DNA of 17,400 nucleotides from a virus (Duplodnaviria; Heunggongvirae; Uroviricota; Caudoviricetes): IMG/VR virus record IMGVR_UViG_2802429221_000010; one strand, 5' to 3'. Shown piece by piece: positions 15,994 to 17,400 of this stretch (position 1 is its first letter; each line of letters starts with the position of its first letter). The notes under the pieces were generated by a model. It saw only the letters and a program-made list of their open reading frames with translations, ran no database searches and was not told where the DNA came from. The position numbers and the translations under genes were made by a program.

Positions 15994-17400
15994 TCAAGCT
16001 ACCGCATATTGATTATTAAAATCGATAGTATTGTTATAATTTGTCAATTGCCTTAGTTTTTGGATGTTGTTAATAATAGCTAAATGGTGTTCTTTCTCAG
16101 TGCCGTGATAAGAGAGTACGCTTTTTTTATTCTGCATTGTAGAGACATATGCATCAATGGATTTTTTTATTATCGCAGTTTTATGTATTTTTGGTTCAAG
16201 TAACAGTGATTGTTCTATACAAGAGATTGCATCCTCAATTCTTTCATTATATATGTTTACCAGTGACTTATAGTAGTATAGGGAAGCGACATCTAATATT
16301 TTTATTTGTGCATGATCAAAAAAAATACGTGATGTTGTTGCTTGTCCGGAAAGACCAGTTATCAGCCCCATAATTCCTAATATCTTACCATCAAAAATAG
16401 CTTTATCTGATACCTTATCTATAAATTCTAATGCCTTTTGAGTAGCATGTTTATGTTCATATATACCATGAAGAGCCAGAGACATATGGCATTCAGCTAA
16501 CAGACAATAGCATTCATTTATTAATAACTGAGCATTGTATTTTTTTATCAGGTTTTCAAATATAGTTATTGCTTTGACAATGCTTTCTGGTGTGAACTCA
16601 TTTAGTGCATTTTTCCCAGCAGACATTTCTTTGGATAAAACATGCTCATTAGATGATTCGTTTTGGCTAATCAATCCTGGTGCAGTTTCAGGATCCTTCA
16701 TGACCATATACAAGTTACTTATTATAAATTGTGATATTTTTTGTATATCATCAGCCTGAAGATGAGTGCTGGCAACAAGATAAAAACTTTTTGCATCGAT
16801 CACCTCAACATATAAGCTGTTTGATGTGTCATGTTGGTTAATCCTTCCTGTTATAAAATAATCTGGTTTGAATCTGGCCAGAAAAGCTGTTTGGGATTTA
16901 TTATCTATACAATACTGGGTTGCAGCCATTGGGTATATATATAGGTTCTCGTTTTTTTTATTTGAAATGAACTGTATAAGCTCTTGATTAAGTGTTAATG
17001 GATCCTGGTGGCTGTGAGACGTTGTAAATGGGAATAAAGCAATAGTGCTTCCTGCTTCATTATATTGATTTCCTTTTATTTTGAATACTTGTCCACTGAA
17101 TCGGTAACCTTTTCTATATATGGTTTCTATACAACGGGTATAACCAACTTGTTCAAAAATACATCTTAATGAATATATACAACGTGTAAGGGACTCATCA
17201 CTTACAATTACATTTTTCCACACGGATTCGATGATCATATCTTTTGATACAACATTGCCAGCAGATTCAAGCAATACAAATAATACACCTAGCTCTTTGG
17301 GGGGAATGTAAGATTGCTCATTCCCTTTAGTAAGAATACCATCTTCTGTCAGTATTATCCCATCAGGGAAATGATATGAAAATTTAATTTCTAAATCCAT
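15994..17400 (-). CDS. HilA-family transcriptional regulator (OmpR/ToxR-type winged-helix N-terminus, TPR-like C-terminus)
   Basis: 468-aa ORF. N-terminal [51 protein letters not shown]...[11 protein letters not shown]...IALFPF matches Salmonella HilA ([51 protein letters not shown]...IETLYGQGYRF...LAILPF). Central [16 protein letters not shown] matches HilA CALAECYLSMAQMGIF. Very AT-rich. Start coincides with the window edge. Confidence 0.85.
   Translation of the reverse strand: MDLEIKFSYHFPDGIILTEDGILTKGNEQSYIPPKELGVLFVLLESAGNVVSKDMIIESVWKNVIVSDESLTRCIYSLRCIFEQVGYTRCIETIYRKGYRFSGQVFKIKGNQYNEAGSTIALFPFTTSHSHQDPLTLNQELIQFISNKKNENLYIYPMAATQYCIDNKSQTAFLARFKPDYFITGRINQHDTSNSLYVEVIDAKSFYLVASTHLQADDIQKISQFIISNLYMVMKDPETAPGLISQNESSNEHVLSKEMSAGKNALNEFTPESIVKAITIFENLIKKYNAQLLINECYCLLAECHMSLALHGIYEHKHATQKALEFIDKVSDKAIFDGKILGIMGLITGLSGQATTSRIFFDHAQIKILDVASLYYYKSLVNIYNERIEDAISCIEQSLLLEPKIHKTAIIKKSIDAYVSTMQNKKSVLSYHGTEKEHHLAIINNIQKLRQLTNYNNTIDFNNQYAVA

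Noticed and set aside
15769-16056. 95-aa + strand ORF overlapping the start region of the HilA-like gene
   Set aside because: Cys/Ile/Arg-rich junk-like translation with no Shine-Dalgarno; lies in the AT-rich promoter region and overlaps the opposite-strand HilA-like coding sequence.
1-17400. Search for CRISPR arrays, tRNA or rRNA genes
   Set aside because: No regularly spaced repeat-spacer array and no tRNA-like T-arm/acceptor signature were found. The repeat arrays present (7982-8319, 12165-12458) are irregular and match iteron or operator architecture.

Overview
The window reads as a phage-satellite-like integrative element (P4/PICI-type) followed by an AT-rich accessory region. Left to right on the + strand: a P4-type tyrosine integrase (1-1215), an AT-rich orphan gene (1246-2154), an AlpA-family regulator (2253-2453), an AntA-like antirepressor (2532-3332), a run of small translationally coupled genes (3325-6152) interrupted by a divergent RHH-like gene with palindromic operators (4005-4420), a P4/D5-type primase-helicase (6149-7954) followed by an iteron-type origin (7982-8319), a ProQ/FinO-domain protein, a PerC-like regulator, a lipoprotein plus small membrane protein module, an HTH protein followed by a second repeat array (12165-12458), and finally a tightly coupled DUF262 + HEPN-like gene pair (13425-15411). 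A HilA-family regulator lies on the - strand at the right edge (15994-17400). No tRNA, rRNA or CRISPR array was found; the integrase target (probably a tRNA) and the attL/attR repeats are not identifiable inside the window. The most promising candidate for an undescribed system is the DUF262/HEPN-like pair; secondary candidates are the integrase-proximal orphan gene and the lipoprotein/membrane module. All family assignments come from reading motifs in the translations by eye; no database search was run.
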